This document shows, piece after piece, positions 17,901 to 26,684 of a stretch of 64,000 bases of DNA (position 1 is its first letter; every line of letters starts with the position of its first letter). Made by a program: the position numbers and the translations under genes. The notes beneath the pieces are model-generated. The model did not search any database. It saw only the letters and a list, made by a program, of their open reading frames with translations, and was not told the origin of the DNA. This stretch comes from an uncultured Rhodothermaceae bacterium (lineage in GTDB: Bacteria > Bacteroidota > Rhodothermia > Rhodothermales > ISCAR-4553): the NCBI GenBank assembly GCA_964552015.1, contig CAZKFR010000002.1, positions 25,931 through 89,930 on the forward strand, given 5' to 3'.

Positions 17901-19215
17901 CGTTCACGCCCCCGACCTGTACGTCCTGGCGCTCGACGGCGCCGTCCCGCGCCTCGTCTTTCACCGGGGCACCGCAGCCCCCGGCGACGGCCTCCGCAGC
18001 ATGGAGGTCGTGCCGGCCGACTTCGACGGCGACGGCCGCCCCGAACTCGTCGCGGCCGGGGCCGACGAACGGCTCCACCGCTTCATCCCGGCGGCACCCG
18101 GTACCGGGATCCCCCCCGTGTGGGTCGATGCGTACGCGCTGGACGCGAGCCGGGTGCGCCTGGTCTGGCACGCTCCGGGCGCCGACTCGGTGACCGTCTA
18201 CGCGGCTCCCCTGGGCGGGGTGCTCGATCCCGTCGGGACGACGCGCGGGACGGCGTGGACGGACACGACGGCTTCGCCCCGCGACTATGCGCTCCGGGCC
18301 TGGCAGCAGGGGACGGCCTCGCCGCTCTCGCCGGTGCGCCGTGTCCGGCCCCACCCCCCGGCCGTGGTGGCGGCGGTCTCCTACCCGGGCCCGGCGACGG
18401 TCGAGCTGGCGTTCACCGAGCCGCTGGCGGCCGACCTGCGGCCGGAGCAGTTCCGCCTCGACGGCGGCGCGATGCCGGCGGCGCTGCTGCCGGGGCGGGC
18501 AGGCCGCACCGTCCTCCTCCGCTTCGACGCCACGCCGCCCACGCCGGACACGCTCCGGTGGGAGGGCGTGCGTGACGCCGAGGGGACGCCCGTGGGGCAG
18601 ACGGCCGCGGCCGTGGCCTTTCCCGCGCCGGCTCACGGCACCCTGATCGTCGCTGCGTTCGAAGTGCTCGACGCCGCCCGGGTGGCGCTCGTCTTCAGCG
18701 AGGCGCTCGATCCCGCCTACGCCGCCGACCCGGCCAACTACCGTCTGCGGCCCGCCGGACGCGTGGCCGAGGCTCTGTTCGACGCGGCGACGCCGGAGCG
18801 GGTGACGTTACGGGTCGAGGGGCGCGTGCTCGGTGCGACGGGGCTGGCGACATCCGTGGAGGTCCTCCGGATGCGCAGTGCGACGGGCAATACCCTGGCG
18901 CCCGAGGGCCGCGCCGTGCGCCTGACCGTGGCTGCGGAGGATCTGGCCGGCGTCTACGTCTTCCCGAACCCGTACGAGGAGGGCCGGCACCCGCCCCGCG
19001 TCATGATCGCCGGGTTGCCGCCCGAGGCCACCGTGCGCATCCTGTCGGTGCAGGGGGGCTTCATCCGCCGGCTCGAAGAGACCGACGGCGATGGGGGCGT
19101 CGCCTGGGATCTGACCGACGACGGCGGCCGCCCCGTACCCTCCGGCATCTACCTGATCCGTGTCGAGGCGCCGGGGCGGGCACCCGTCCTCCGCAAGGCG
19201 GCCGTGGTTCGCTAG
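14959..19215 (+). CDS. Giant secreted S8 subtilase with FG-GAP/VCBS beta-propeller repeats, Ig-like domains and a T9SS-type C-terminal sorting domain
   Basis: Signal peptide MLMKRIVGLLLMGFPLMAFAQ. The S8 triad contexts are GLLDTGL (Asp), GHGTTVAGV (His) and GSSLAAPMVAG (Ser). There are at least 7 D(F/S/L)DGDG repeats between aa ~700 and 1000. The C-terminus VYVFPNPY...GIYLIRVEA is typical of Por/T9SS CTDs. Confidence 0.85.
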   Translation: MLMKRIVGLLLMGFPLMAFAQVEVIVRPAEGSAVMAVLEGGGAKTGAMAVLFDEVVDVRPVVGALAPGGRSAALPAYVLTVPDSSAFEAVRARWAAWPGVAYVQPNRRYRLEGLLSPADAGGRPAGDPLADSLGHLAVIRATDAWAVTDGAGRVRIGLLDTGLFFDHPDLAGQVWINPGEDLDGNGRADPADFNGLDDDGNGYVDDLHGYDFLDRPGNVEAGDYHTRDPFPDEDNRSGGGRGHGTTVAGVLAAARDNGVGITGVAPGARLVPLRAFGADGTGDDDDIAAALVYAADLGLDVVNLSFGDAVASPLMHEAIRYAVDRGVVVVASAGNVGGDDPHYPSDYPEVISVGWFTADGTGIAGRGTHGPGLDLGAPGSLVYTTLLPAPDDPDPQSVTALYGRRSGSSLAAPMVAGAAALLRAVDPDLTPAAIRALLTATARDVDVPGWDHRTAAGLLDVAAALTDALPARVEIASPGQDDAVATDRIAVTGTVVDPAFLSYSVDYAPGQDDPEGRWMAVVSERDRQVWQDTLAVWEVAGLPEGLYTLRLSARLRSGRTVEDRRRVYVDRSPPVLDVRLLDPALAAGRPAVQVDVATDDVTTVWMEVTHAGVTERVPSVRRGRRHGVVWNGPPGAAGDVEVVVQATNAAGLTTTHAASVTLPDVAPNTAAFTEEKLAVPHGFLLPHATDFDGDGLLEITLNRYEDGWLGDTLATYEWAGNGFRRASALIANVFPRDTGDSDGDGLRELLTQVGGATLVLEQAAPAAYPSAVAFLDTTGLANPFDPAATFGARLTDLDGDGRGEILVHNTRQWRLLEHDGNGFVEVARLENPTGVAPSELTENEYQEPEALIDDFDGDGRLDLLVGDSDGDWILYENDGNDTYRVAWTFETDRYNAGSRFARGDFDGDGRPEFVTFTQNWTQVTRDGEREPDAGLVFVWENAGEDTYTLRHRFVLAGTPLSRHGTFHTADFDGDGRDELVVVHAPDLYVLALDGAVPRLVFHRGTAAPGDGLRSMEVVPADFDGDGRPELVAAGADERLHRFIPAAPGTGIPPVWVDAYALDASRVRLVWHAPGADSVTVYAAPLGGVLDPVGTTRGTAWTDTTASPRDYALRAWQQGTASPLSPVRRVRPHPPAVVAAVSYPGPATVELAFTEPLAADLRPEQFRLDGGAMPAALLPGRAGRTVLLRFDATPPTPDTLRWEGVRDAEGTPVGQTAAAVAFPAPAHGTLIVAAFEVLDAARVALVFSEALDPAYAADPANYRLRPAGRVAEALFDAATPERVTLRVEGRVLGATGLATSVEVLRMRSATGNTLAPEGRAVRLTVAAEDLAGVYVFPNPYEEGRHPPRVMIAGLPPEATVRILSVQGGFIRRLEETDGDGGVAWDLTDDGGRPVPSGIYLIRVEAPGRAPVLRKAAVVR

Positions 19216-19281
19216 CGTCTCCGCCGCGAATTCCGTATGCTCCGTCATGGCGGCCTTCTCACCGTAGCCGAGCGCCCTCCT

Positions 19282-19713
19282 ATGTTTCCCAGCGATGATC
19301 CCCTGCCGGACCGGCTCGTTGTCGTCATGGCCAGCGAACACCTGCAACTCGAGCGGGTGGTCAGCCTGGCCGAGGAATTCGCCCGGGCCCACGAGCCGGA
19401 CGAGGACTTCGTCTACCGGGTGGTGCTGCTGACGAGCGAGGCCTTCACGAACGCCATCGAGCATGGCAACCGGCTCGATCCGGAGAAAAAGGTGACCGTC
19501 GAGTTTTGCGCGGCGCCGGACCGCATCGAAGTGTGGGTGGAGGACCAGGGGCCGGGCTTCGACCGGGAAGCCGTCGCCGACCCGCTCAAGCAGGAAAATC
19601 TGCTCGAAAACAGCGGGCGTGGTCTTTTCCTCATCGAACAGATGGCCGACGACGTGATCTTCGAGAAGGATGGCCGGCGCGTCGGGATGATCTTCCACCG
19701 GCCGGCTCGGTGA
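19282..19713 (+). CDS. RsbW/SpoIIAB-like anti-sigma regulatory factor (Ser/Thr kinase, HATPase_c)
   Basis: N-box SEAFTNAIEHGN, G1 DQGPGF, G2 GRGLFLIEQMAD. No STAS partner is adjacent. An alternative start lies at 19237. Confidence 0.75.
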   Translation: MFPSDDPLPDRLVVVMASEHLQLERVVSLAEEFARAHEPDEDFVYRVVLLTSEAFTNAIEHGNRLDPEKKVTVEFCAAPDRIEVWVEDQGPGFDREAVADPLKQENLLENSGRGLFLIEQMADDVIFEKDGRRVGMIFHRPAR

Positions 19714-19816
19714 GGGGGCGGAGCGTTCGCAGGATGGATACACGCCCCTGAAACGGGACGCATGTAACGTGCTTCCCTCACCCGGCATCAGGTATCTGCG
19801 GGTGCTATGTTCAGCG

Positions 19817-21664
19817 ATGCCTACGTGGATCGTGTCGGTGCTGAATCATCGCGGTAAGGTCGGACTGCCGGCGCTGCTCGTGCTGGCCGTGCTGGCGATG
19901 TCGGTCTGTGCCGGGGTGCGGGCCTGGTGGTACGGCTTCGTGGCGGCGGCCCTGGTAGCCGGGGGGCTGATGGTGCTGCTCTGGCGCCGGGGCGGCTACG
20001 GCATGCGGACGGTGCTGCTGCTCGGCATCGTGTTGCGCCTGGCCGTGCTGTGGCTGCCCCCGACCCTCTCCGACGATGCCTACCGGTACGTGTGGGACGG
20101 CCTCCTTCAGGTCGAAGGCATCAACCCGTACCGGTACGTGCCCGAGGATCCCGCCCTGGCCGGGTTTCACGACGAGCCGATCTATGGCCGGCTCAACTCG
20201 TCCCGTTTCTACTCCGTCTATCCGCCGCTCTCGCAGGTTTTCTTTGCCGTGGCCGGGCTGTTCTACGGCTTCGGGTGGGAGGTGAGCTATTACGTCCTGA
20301 AGGTGCTGCTGGCCGGCATGGAGGTCGGCGCGATGCTGCTGCTGGCCCGCATGATCCCGGCCCGGCGGATGATCCTCTATGCGTGGAACCCGCTCGTGGT
20401 CATCGAGACGGCCGGACAGGCCCACACGGAAGCCGTCATGCTGTTCTTCCTCGTGCTGACCCTCTGGCTGGCACGGCGCCGGCGGGGCTCCGCCGCCGCC
20501 GCGGCCCTGACGTGCGCCGGCTGGGTGAAGCTCTACCCGTTCGTGCTCCTGCCGTTCCTCTGGCGGCGTTTCCGGTGGCGTGCCGTCTGGCCCCCGGTGC
20601 TCGTCTCGGCGGTGCTCGTACTGCCCTACTTCGACCCGGCCATCCCCGGCCATGTGGCGGCCTCGCTGGACCTCTACGTCCGCTACTTCGAGTTCAACGC
20701 GGGGCTCTACTACGGGGTGAAAAAGCTCTTCCTCGTGTTTACGGGGGAGGACTGGAGCAAGACGCTCGGTCCCTTCTTCCGCATGGTTTTTCTGGCCGCG
20801 TTGCCGGTGCTCTACGTGCTGGATGTGCGGCGGCGATGGCCGTTGCACCGGGCCTTCGTAGGGACCCTGGGGGCGTTCTTCGTCTGCGCCACGACCGTGC
20901 ATCCGTGGTACCTGCTGGGGCTGCTGGCGGTGTCGATGCTGGCGCCGCGCCCGTCCTGGCACTGGCTGTGGCTGGGCGGGGCCTCCATCGGGACGTACCT
21001 GCTCTACGTGGACGGGCCGTACTGGCCGTTCGTCGTCCTGGGCTGGGGCGGATGGGCTGTGCTGGCGGCCGTCCGGTATGCCGATCCCGTGCTGCAGCGG
21101 CTCCAGCGCCGACGGGCCCGCCGCAAGTTCGAGGTCATCCGCGACCTGTTCCCCGAAGGCCCCGCGGCCTCCGTGCTCGACCTGGGCGCGGGCGAGGGGT
21201 ACGTGGGGGAAGAGGTGGGCCGGCGGCTGGGGTCCCGCGTCCACCTGGCCGACGTCGTGGACATGAACCGCACCCGGCTGCCCCACACCGTCTACGACGG
21301 CCGGCGCCTGCCCTTCGCCGACAGGGCGTTCGACGTGACGATCCTGTACTTCGTCCTCCATCACTGCGCCGACCCGGAGGTGGTGCTGCGCGAGGCCCTG
21401 CGGGTGTCCCGGCACGGCGTGATCGTCGCCGAGTCGGTGTACGAGACGGAGCCGGAGCGCCGCCGCCTGGCCTTCCTCGACCGGTGGGCGAACCGCCTGC
21501 GCTCGGGCGGGCGGATGCGGGCGCAGGAGGCGCACCTGCACTTCCGCACCGCCGCCGGCTGGCGGGAACTGTTCGACCGGCTCGGTGCCGCCGTCGTCGC
21601 CGAGAAGCGGCGGGGACGGTGGATCCACCGGCAGGCGTTCTTCCGGCTGCGTCCGCCCGCCTGA
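19817..21664 (+). CDS. Fusion of a GT-C-type (DUF2029/GT87-like) polytopic glycosyltransferase with a C-terminal class I SAM methyltransferase
   Basis: About 12 TM segments with the periplasmic-loop motif SDDAYRYVWDGLLQVEGINPY. The C-terminal part has VLDLGAGEGYVG...FDVTILYFVLHHCADP (methyltransferase motifs I and post-I). Confidence 0.75.
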   Translation: MPTWIVSVLNHRGKVGLPALLVLAVLAMSVCAGVRAWWYGFVAAALVAGGLMVLLWRRGGYGMRTVLLLGIVLRLAVLWLPPTLSDDAYRYVWDGLLQVEGINPYRYVPEDPALAGFHDEPIYGRLNSSRFYSVYPPLSQVFFAVAGLFYGFGWEVSYYVLKVLLAGMEVGAMLLLARMIPARRMILYAWNPLVVIETAGQAHTEAVMLFFLVLTLWLARRRRGSAAAAALTCAGWVKLYPFVLLPFLWRRFRWRAVWPPVLVSAVLVLPYFDPAIPGHVAASLDLYVRYFEFNAGLYYGVKKLFLVFTGEDWSKTLGPFFRMVFLAALPVLYVLDVRRRWPLHRAFVGTLGAFFVCATTVHPWYLLGLLAVSMLAPRPSWHWLWLGGASIGTYLLYVDGPYWPFVVLGWGGWAVLAAVRYADPVLQRLQRRRARRKFEVIRDLFPEGPAASVLDLGAGEGYVGEEVGRRLGSRVHLADVVDMNRTRLPHTVYDGRRLPFADRAFDVTILYFVLHHCADPEVVLREALRVSRHGVIVAESVYETEPERRRLAFLDRWANRLRSGGRMRAQEAHLHFRTAAGWRELFDRLGAAVVAEKRRGRWIHRQAFFRLRPPA

Positions 21665-21718
21665 CGGCTCCGGCCGCTGTTCGACGAGCCCGGATGCGGG
21701 GTTCGTCGATCCGGCTCC

Positions 21719-24700
21719 TCAGAACAGGAAGCCGAACCGGAGGGTGAAGAGTACGTCCTCCGGGGAGGCGTCGAGCGTGGCGGTGAGGACGAACAGCTCG
21801 AAGACATCGGCCCAGAGGCCCGCGCCGTAGCCCTGGTGGTAGCCGTCGAAGAACGCCTGCGAGACGTCCCGGTCGTCGTCGGCCTCGGTCCAGACGCGGC
21901 CGTTGTCGAGGAAGGCCAGCAGGCCCGCCTGCCCCCGGGCCACGTACGTAGAGAAGTCGAACAGCTCCAGGCGGAGTTCGAGGTTCTGGAAGAAGCTGGT
22001 GCGCCCGGCGAAGCGGGTGCTGCGGTAGCCGCGCAGGTTGTCCTTGCCGCCGAGTGTGTTGGCCTGGTAGAACGGGAAGTCGCCGAGGTTGTGGGCCACG
22101 CCCACGCGGGCGGCCAGCGTCATCTGGGGTGAGATGGACGGGGAGGCGTAGAAGGCGAACGCCGAGGTGAGGCGGGCGTAGGAATCACTCGTATTCTCGA
22201 TGCCCAGGTTCAGGTCGAGCGTGTTCGTCCAGCGGAAGCCCTGGCGCGGGTTGAGATCGCTGTCCGTCTGCGTGAGGGTCAGGCCCGTCTCGACGCCGGC
22301 GAACCACTGGTCGGAGAACGACTTCGGGGAGATCCCGGTCTGCGGCTGCCCGATGAAGCGGTCCTCGTCGCGGCGGACCTTCGTGAACTCGAGCGTGGGG
22401 CCAAGGAAAGCCTCCAGGGCGCCGCCCGCGGTCCGGTGCCGGAGCGACGGCATCAGGCGTACCTGGGCCAGCCGGGCCTGGTAGAAGGAGAACGTCCGGT
22501 CGTCGTCGGGCTGGGTCCGGTTGCCGAGGCCGAGGAAGTTGCGGATGCTGTTGGGGGAGAGCACGCGGGCGTCCAGCCCGGCGTCGAGGGGGCCGAAGGT
22601 GTCGGTGAAGCGGCCTTCGTAGATCAGGTTGAATGCCTGCGTGGCGGCGGCGAAGTTGCCCACGAGCACGTGCCGCCGGGCATACGGCTCCTTCCGGAAG
22701 CCGTGGCGGATCACCTGCACGCCCCCGCCGACGAAGAGGCCGTCGTCCTTGTTGCTGCCGAAGAAGAGGCGGGGGGCGGCCGTGTCGAAGCGGAAGGCAC
22801 GCGGGTCGTACGTGTTGACGGTTGCGTCGTCGGAGGCGATGACGCGGGTTTTTGCGCCGGGCTCGAAGGCGGCGCCGGTCGTCGTGTCGTAGAACCCGAC
22901 GGGGGTGCGGGTGCGGTCGATCAGGGTATCCTGCCCCGGCCCGCCCACGGCGATGACGCGGGGGCCGCGCCGGGCGGGGCCCGTCACCTCCACGTGGTCG
23001 TTGCCGCCGAGGCCGTAGAGGCGGATCTCCCGCGTCTCGTCCGCCAAGAACGTCCGCCGGAAGAGCGGCCGGACGACCGTGCCGTCCTTTTTCGTCTTGT
23101 AGACGACGACCTCCGTCTCGCGGTCGTTCCGGCGATGCACCTCGAAGCGCTCGTGCTTGTGGCTGCCGACGACGTCCACCACCCCGGCCAGGATCTCGTA
23201 GTAGCGTTCGGCCACCTCGGGCAGCCGGTCGCGCCGGGCGCGGAGCTTTTCGGTGAACTCGTCCTCGTAGAGGGCGCGGATGGGTTCGGGCCACCGCGCG
23301 AGGGCCCGTTCGATGACGTCGTCGGTCAGGCGGGCCTGCAGGTCCTGCCCGATGGCGATCCAGTCGGACCGGGTCAGGGAGGCGGTGAAGCGGCGGTCGA
23401 GTTCCAGCCCGGCCAGGTTCAGCCCCTTGAGGTAGCCGTAGTCGTGGTCGAAGTCCTGGAATTTGGGCTCGAAGTACTTCGTTTCGAGGAGGGAGGGGAA
23501 GAGGCCGTCCATCTTGTTGAAGGCCCAGTCGCGGTCGCGGGGGATGGGTCGGTAGACTTTGCCCCGCTTGCGCTCGTCGCCCGTGAGGGAGGGGTCGAGT
23601 TCGTAGGGCTCGAAGGCGGCCCAGCGCCACTGGTCGCGGTGGCGGTCCCAGTCGCTCAGGTACATGTCGAAGAGGCGGGTGCGGGCGAAGAAGGCGGCAT
23701 CGACGCGGTGGTCGTTGTCGCCGTTGACCTCGTCGAAGAGCTTCGGCGAGCCGATGACGTCGCGGGCGCCGCCGAAGCCGGGGAGGTCGGACATGTCGTC
23801 GTCCGGTCGCTCTTCGAGCATCATGGGCTGGCCGGCCACGAGGTCGCGAAAGCGGCCCAGGCGCGGGTCGTCCGGCACGTAGACCAGTTCGGGGTTGGTG
23901 TGGTAGACCCCGGCGGCCTCGGCCAGGGGCGGGATGATGAAGGCGCCGTAGGGATGGAGGATGGCGACCTGGTCGTCGAGCACGTCGTCGGCGACGGTGC
24001 CGCGGAGGGCCGGTGGGAGCGAACGCTTCGGATCCTTTGTGATGGAGCGGAGGACGTACGTGTGGCCGTCCCCGCCGCGCAGGCGCAGGGAGGTCGTCTG
24101 CAGGCCGCCGCCGCGCCGGAGGGGCGTCAGCCCGCCTCTGGCCCGGCCGACGTCGAGCACGGGGACGGGGACCGGCGTCGTCCAGGCCGGGCGGTGCTCG
24201 GTGCCCAGAAAGAACCGTTTGACCGGGCCGGCGGCGAGGTCCGGACGGGCGGCCACGACGACGGTGCTGTCAGCATAGTCCGCGGGCACCGTGGCCGGTG
24301 GGGGCGTCTCGGTCACTCCGGCGAACGCGTCGCGGGGGCCGCTGAGGCGGGTGCGGAAGACGACCCGCCCCTCGTGGCCGTCGCCCTCAGGTTCCCACAC
24401 GTCCATCCACACGGCCCCGTCCTCGTAATAGTGGACGACCATGAAGCCGGGCGCGGCGTGGGTGAAGACGGCCTCGCCGCCGCGGGCGGCGTAGTCCGGC
24501 GTCCGTGAACCCGACCCGCTGATGAGGTGGTGCTGGTCCCGGTGGGTGAAGTACTGGAGGTTGTGCTCGTGCCCGGCGGCGTAGATGAGCACGCCGTCGT
24601 CGTGCGCCTCGAACAGGTGGAGGAGCGCCCTGCGGAGCGTCGCATACCGCGGATGGGCCAGGTCCTGCCGGCCGCCGAAGGTGCGGATGTAGAACGGCAC

Positions 24701-25522
24701 GAGGGAGCCGAGCACGGGCAGGGGGAGGTAGGCGTGCTCGAACTTCATCGTGAGCGGGAAGAGGTGCTGCTGCAGGGGGAAGCGGCCGGCGTGGCGTCCG
24801 TTCGAGAAGAGGGGGTGATGACCCACGATGAGCAGGTCGTCGTCGTCCCGATCCCGGATGCGCTCGTGGAGTTCCAGGAAGAAGTCCTCGTCCTCCTCGA
24901 TGTCGTAGTCGCCTGCGTCGCCGTAGGGTTTGTCATGGGGATAGAGCCACCATTCGGTGTCGAGGGCCAGGAGGTAGAGGCGGTCGGCCAGTTTGATCTC
25001 GACGGGGCCGGGGAAGCCGTCGTCGGGGAGGAAGACGTTGCCTTTGTGGGGCAGGTGGGCTTCGAGGAAGGCTTCCTGCCGCCGGAGGGCTTCGGCCCCG
25101 CCGGGGTGGCCGTGGTTCCAGTCGTGGTTGCCGGGGATGAAGACGACACGGCCCGCGAAGTCGCGCACGGCGTCGATCTGGGCGCGGAGGCGGGCCTCGG
25201 CCGTGGCCCGGCGGGCGTCGCCCGAGTCGGGGAGGCCGCAGCAGTAGGCGTTGTCGCCGAGGAAGACGACGGCGGCGTTCGGCCCGGTGGTGTCGAGCTG
25301 GGCGCGGAGCAGGCGGAGGACGGGCGTCTCGGGCGTGGCGGCCCCGGCGTCGCCGATGAGGAAGGCCCGGTAGCGGAGCGCCGAGGCCGGGGGCGGGGCC
25401 AGCGTGTCCCAGCCCCGGTACGGCGCGGCCACGTACGGGCCGGTCGAGGCGCAGGCGGCCAGAAAAAGGGGCAGCACGAACAGCACGAGGTGGAGGGGGG
25501 CCGGGCGGGAGGTCGTGGTCAT
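21719..25522 (-). CDS. Lipoprotein fusing a calcineurin-like metallophosphoesterase to a C-terminal Omp85/D15 beta-barrel
   Basis: ATG 25522 gives a lipobox-like N-terminus (LFLAACAS). Metallophosphoesterase motifs are LIGDAG, FLGDNAY, GNHD and GHEH. The C-terminus has BamA-like barrel features (GGKDNLRGY...GYGAGLW..LRFGFLF). The track ORF extends 168 codons upstream through Arg/Pro-rich junk. Confidence 0.75.
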   Translation of the reverse strand: MTTTSRPAPLHLVLFVLPLFLAACASTGPYVAAPYRGWDTLAPPPASALRYRAFLIGDAGAATPETPVLRLLRAQLDTTGPNAAVVFLGDNAYCCGLPDSGDARRATAEARLRAQIDAVRDFAGRVVFIPGNHDWNHGHPGGAEALRRQEAFLEAHLPHKGNVFLPDDGFPGPVEIKLADRLYLLALDTEWWLYPHDKPYGDAGDYDIEEDEDFFLELHERIRDRDDDDLLIVGHHPLFSNGRHAGRFPLQQHLFPLTMKFEHAYLPLPVLGSLVPFYIRTFGGRQDLAHPRYATLRRALLHLFEAHDDGVLIYAAGHEHNLQYFTHRDQHHLISGSGSRTPDYAARGGEAVFTHAAPGFMVVHYYEDGAVWMDVWEPEGDGHEGRVVFRTRLSGPRDAFAGVTETPPPATVPADYADSTVVVAARPDLAAGPVKRFFLGTEHRPAWTTPVPVPVLDVGRARGGLTPLRRGGGLQTTSLRLRGGDGHTYVLRSITKDPKRSLPPALRGTVADDVLDDQVAILHPYGAFIIPPLAEAAGVYHTNPELVYVPDDPRLGRFRDLVAGQPMMLEERPDDDMSDLPGFGGARDVIGSPKLFDEVNGDNDHRVDAAFFARTRLFDMYLSDWDRHRDQWRWAAFEPYELDPSLTGDERKRGKVYRPIPRDRDWAFNKMDGLFPSLLETKYFEPKFQDFDHDYGYLKGLNLAGLELDRRFTASLTRSDWIAIGQDLQARLTDDVIERALARWPEPIRALYEDEFTEKLRARRDRLPEVAERYYEILAGVVDVVGSHKHERFEVHRRNDRETEVVVYKTKKDGTVVRPLFRRTFLADETREIRLYGLGGNDHVEVTGPARRGPRVIAVGGPGQDTLIDRTRTPVGFYDTTTGAAFEPGAKTRVIASDDATVNTYDPRAFRFDTAAPRLFFGSNKDDGLFVGGGVQVIRHGFRKEPYARRHVLVGNFAAATQAFNLIYEGRFTDTFGPLDAGLDARVLSPNSIRNFLGLGNRTQPDDDRTFSFYQARLAQVRLMPSLRHRTAGGALEAFLGPTLEFTKVRRDEDRFIGQPQTGISPKSFSDQWFAGVETGLTLTQTDSDLNPRQGFRWTNTLDLNLGIENTSDSYARLTSAFAFYASPSISPQMTLAARVGVAHNLGDFPFYQANTLGGKDNLRGYRSTRFAGRTSFFQNLELRLELFDFSTYVARGQAGLLAFLDNGRVWTEADDDRDVSQAFFDGYHQGYGAGLWADVFELFVLTATLDASPEDVLFTLRFGFLF

Positions 25523-25584
25523 GCGCCTTGAAGGGGTCGGCTGGGGATGAAGCGGGTACGTGTACAGGGGAAGGCCCGGCGAGG

Positions 25585-26496
25585 TCAGCCGTCGTTCCCG
25601 GGAAGGTAGGTAAAGCGGAGGAGGGTGGCTTTGCCGCCATGGCCTTCGCTGGCCAGGAAGAGGTCGCCTTCGGGTGTGAAGGCGATGCCTTCGGGCTGCG
25701 GCAGGCGGTCCCCGGGGAGGGGCCACACGGCCTCCAGGGTGCCGTCCGGCTCGAGCACGGCCAGGGCCTCGAGCACGGACGAGAGCACGTAGACCCGGCC
25801 GGTGACGGGGTGGATCGCCAGGCCGGAGGGCTTGAAGACGTGCAGATCGGCGGGCGAGAGCAGCCGGCGGAGGGTGCGGTTGAGCGCGTTGCGTTCCGGC
25901 AGCCGTTCCGCCACGGCCCGGAGCGGGATCGTGTACGCGGGCGTCTCGCGCAGGCGCTCCGTCTCCAGGTCGAACGCATAGACGGCCCGGTGCCCGTCCA
26001 GGTCGTTGCCCGGCCGCTCTTTGCACGCGATGAGGAGCCGGTGCCGTGCCGGGTCGTGGGCCAGGCCCTCCGCGTCACATCCCTTCGGGAGATCCAGCCG
26101 GTGCTTCTTCACGTCGTAGTCGCTCGCCTGCCAGTCTTCGATCTCGAAAAGCGCGCCGTCGCTGCGGAGGACGTACACGCGGCGATCCACCCGTTCGACT
26201 CCCTCGTAATCCCCGTCGCCGGCAAACTTCTCGGCGCGCACGACCTTGCCCGTGGCGGCGTCGAGGAGGTAGAGCCGGCCGTCCTCGTCCTGAACGGCCC
26301 CGAGGAGGGAGTCGGCGAGGAAAGTCAGGCCCGAGATCTCGTACAGCGCACGGGACAGTTCGAAGGCGGCGGCGGGGCGGTCGAAGGCGTACGGTGACGG
26401 GGCGTCCGGCGGCAGGGCCGGGCGAGCGCAGGCCAGCCCCAGGCACAGCATCCCGACGACGGCACGGAAAACAGCAGAATGAACCGGGTAGAACAT
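25585..26496 (-). CDS. SdiA-regulated/YjiK-like beta-propeller domain protein
   Basis: Signal or lipoprotein N-terminus (VVGMLCLGLACA), then motifs recalled from the SdiA-regulated family (YEISGLT, DYEGVE, PEGIAF). ATG 26496 was chosen. Confidence 0.65.
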   Translation of the reverse strand: MFYPVHSAVFRAVVGMLCLGLACARPALPPDAPSPYAFDRPAAAFELSRALYEISGLTFLADSLLGAVQDEDGRLYLLDAATGKVVRAEKFAGDGDYEGVERVDRRVYVLRSDGALFEIEDWQASDYDVKKHRLDLPKGCDAEGLAHDPARHRLLIACKERPGNDLDGHRAVYAFDLETERLRETPAYTIPLRAVAERLPERNALNRTLRRLLSPADLHVFKPSGLAIHPVTGRVYVLSSVLEALAVLEPDGTLEAVWPLPGDRLPQPEGIAFTPEGDLFLASEGHGGKATLLRFTYLPGNDG

Positions 26497-26684
26497 CGCA
26501 GGACGGTCGGGAGAACGGTGGAACGGCAATCCGGTTTTGTTGCCCTCTCTGTACGCGGGGAAACGAAACGCTTCGTATTTTGGGAAAACGTACGGGCGGC
26601 CCGAAAACCCGTGTATCCGTTTTTCACGGCAGAGGTTTCGGGGTCTGATGTCCCGTTGCTCCGCTCCGATGCCACGCGACGATC

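Noticed and set aside
21687-21718. Hairpin GAGCCCGGAT...GATCCGGCTC between the convergent GT-C fusion and metallophosphoesterase genes, as a bidirectional terminator
   Set aside because: The stem is imperfect (one bulge) and there is no U-tract on either strand. It is too weak to annotate.
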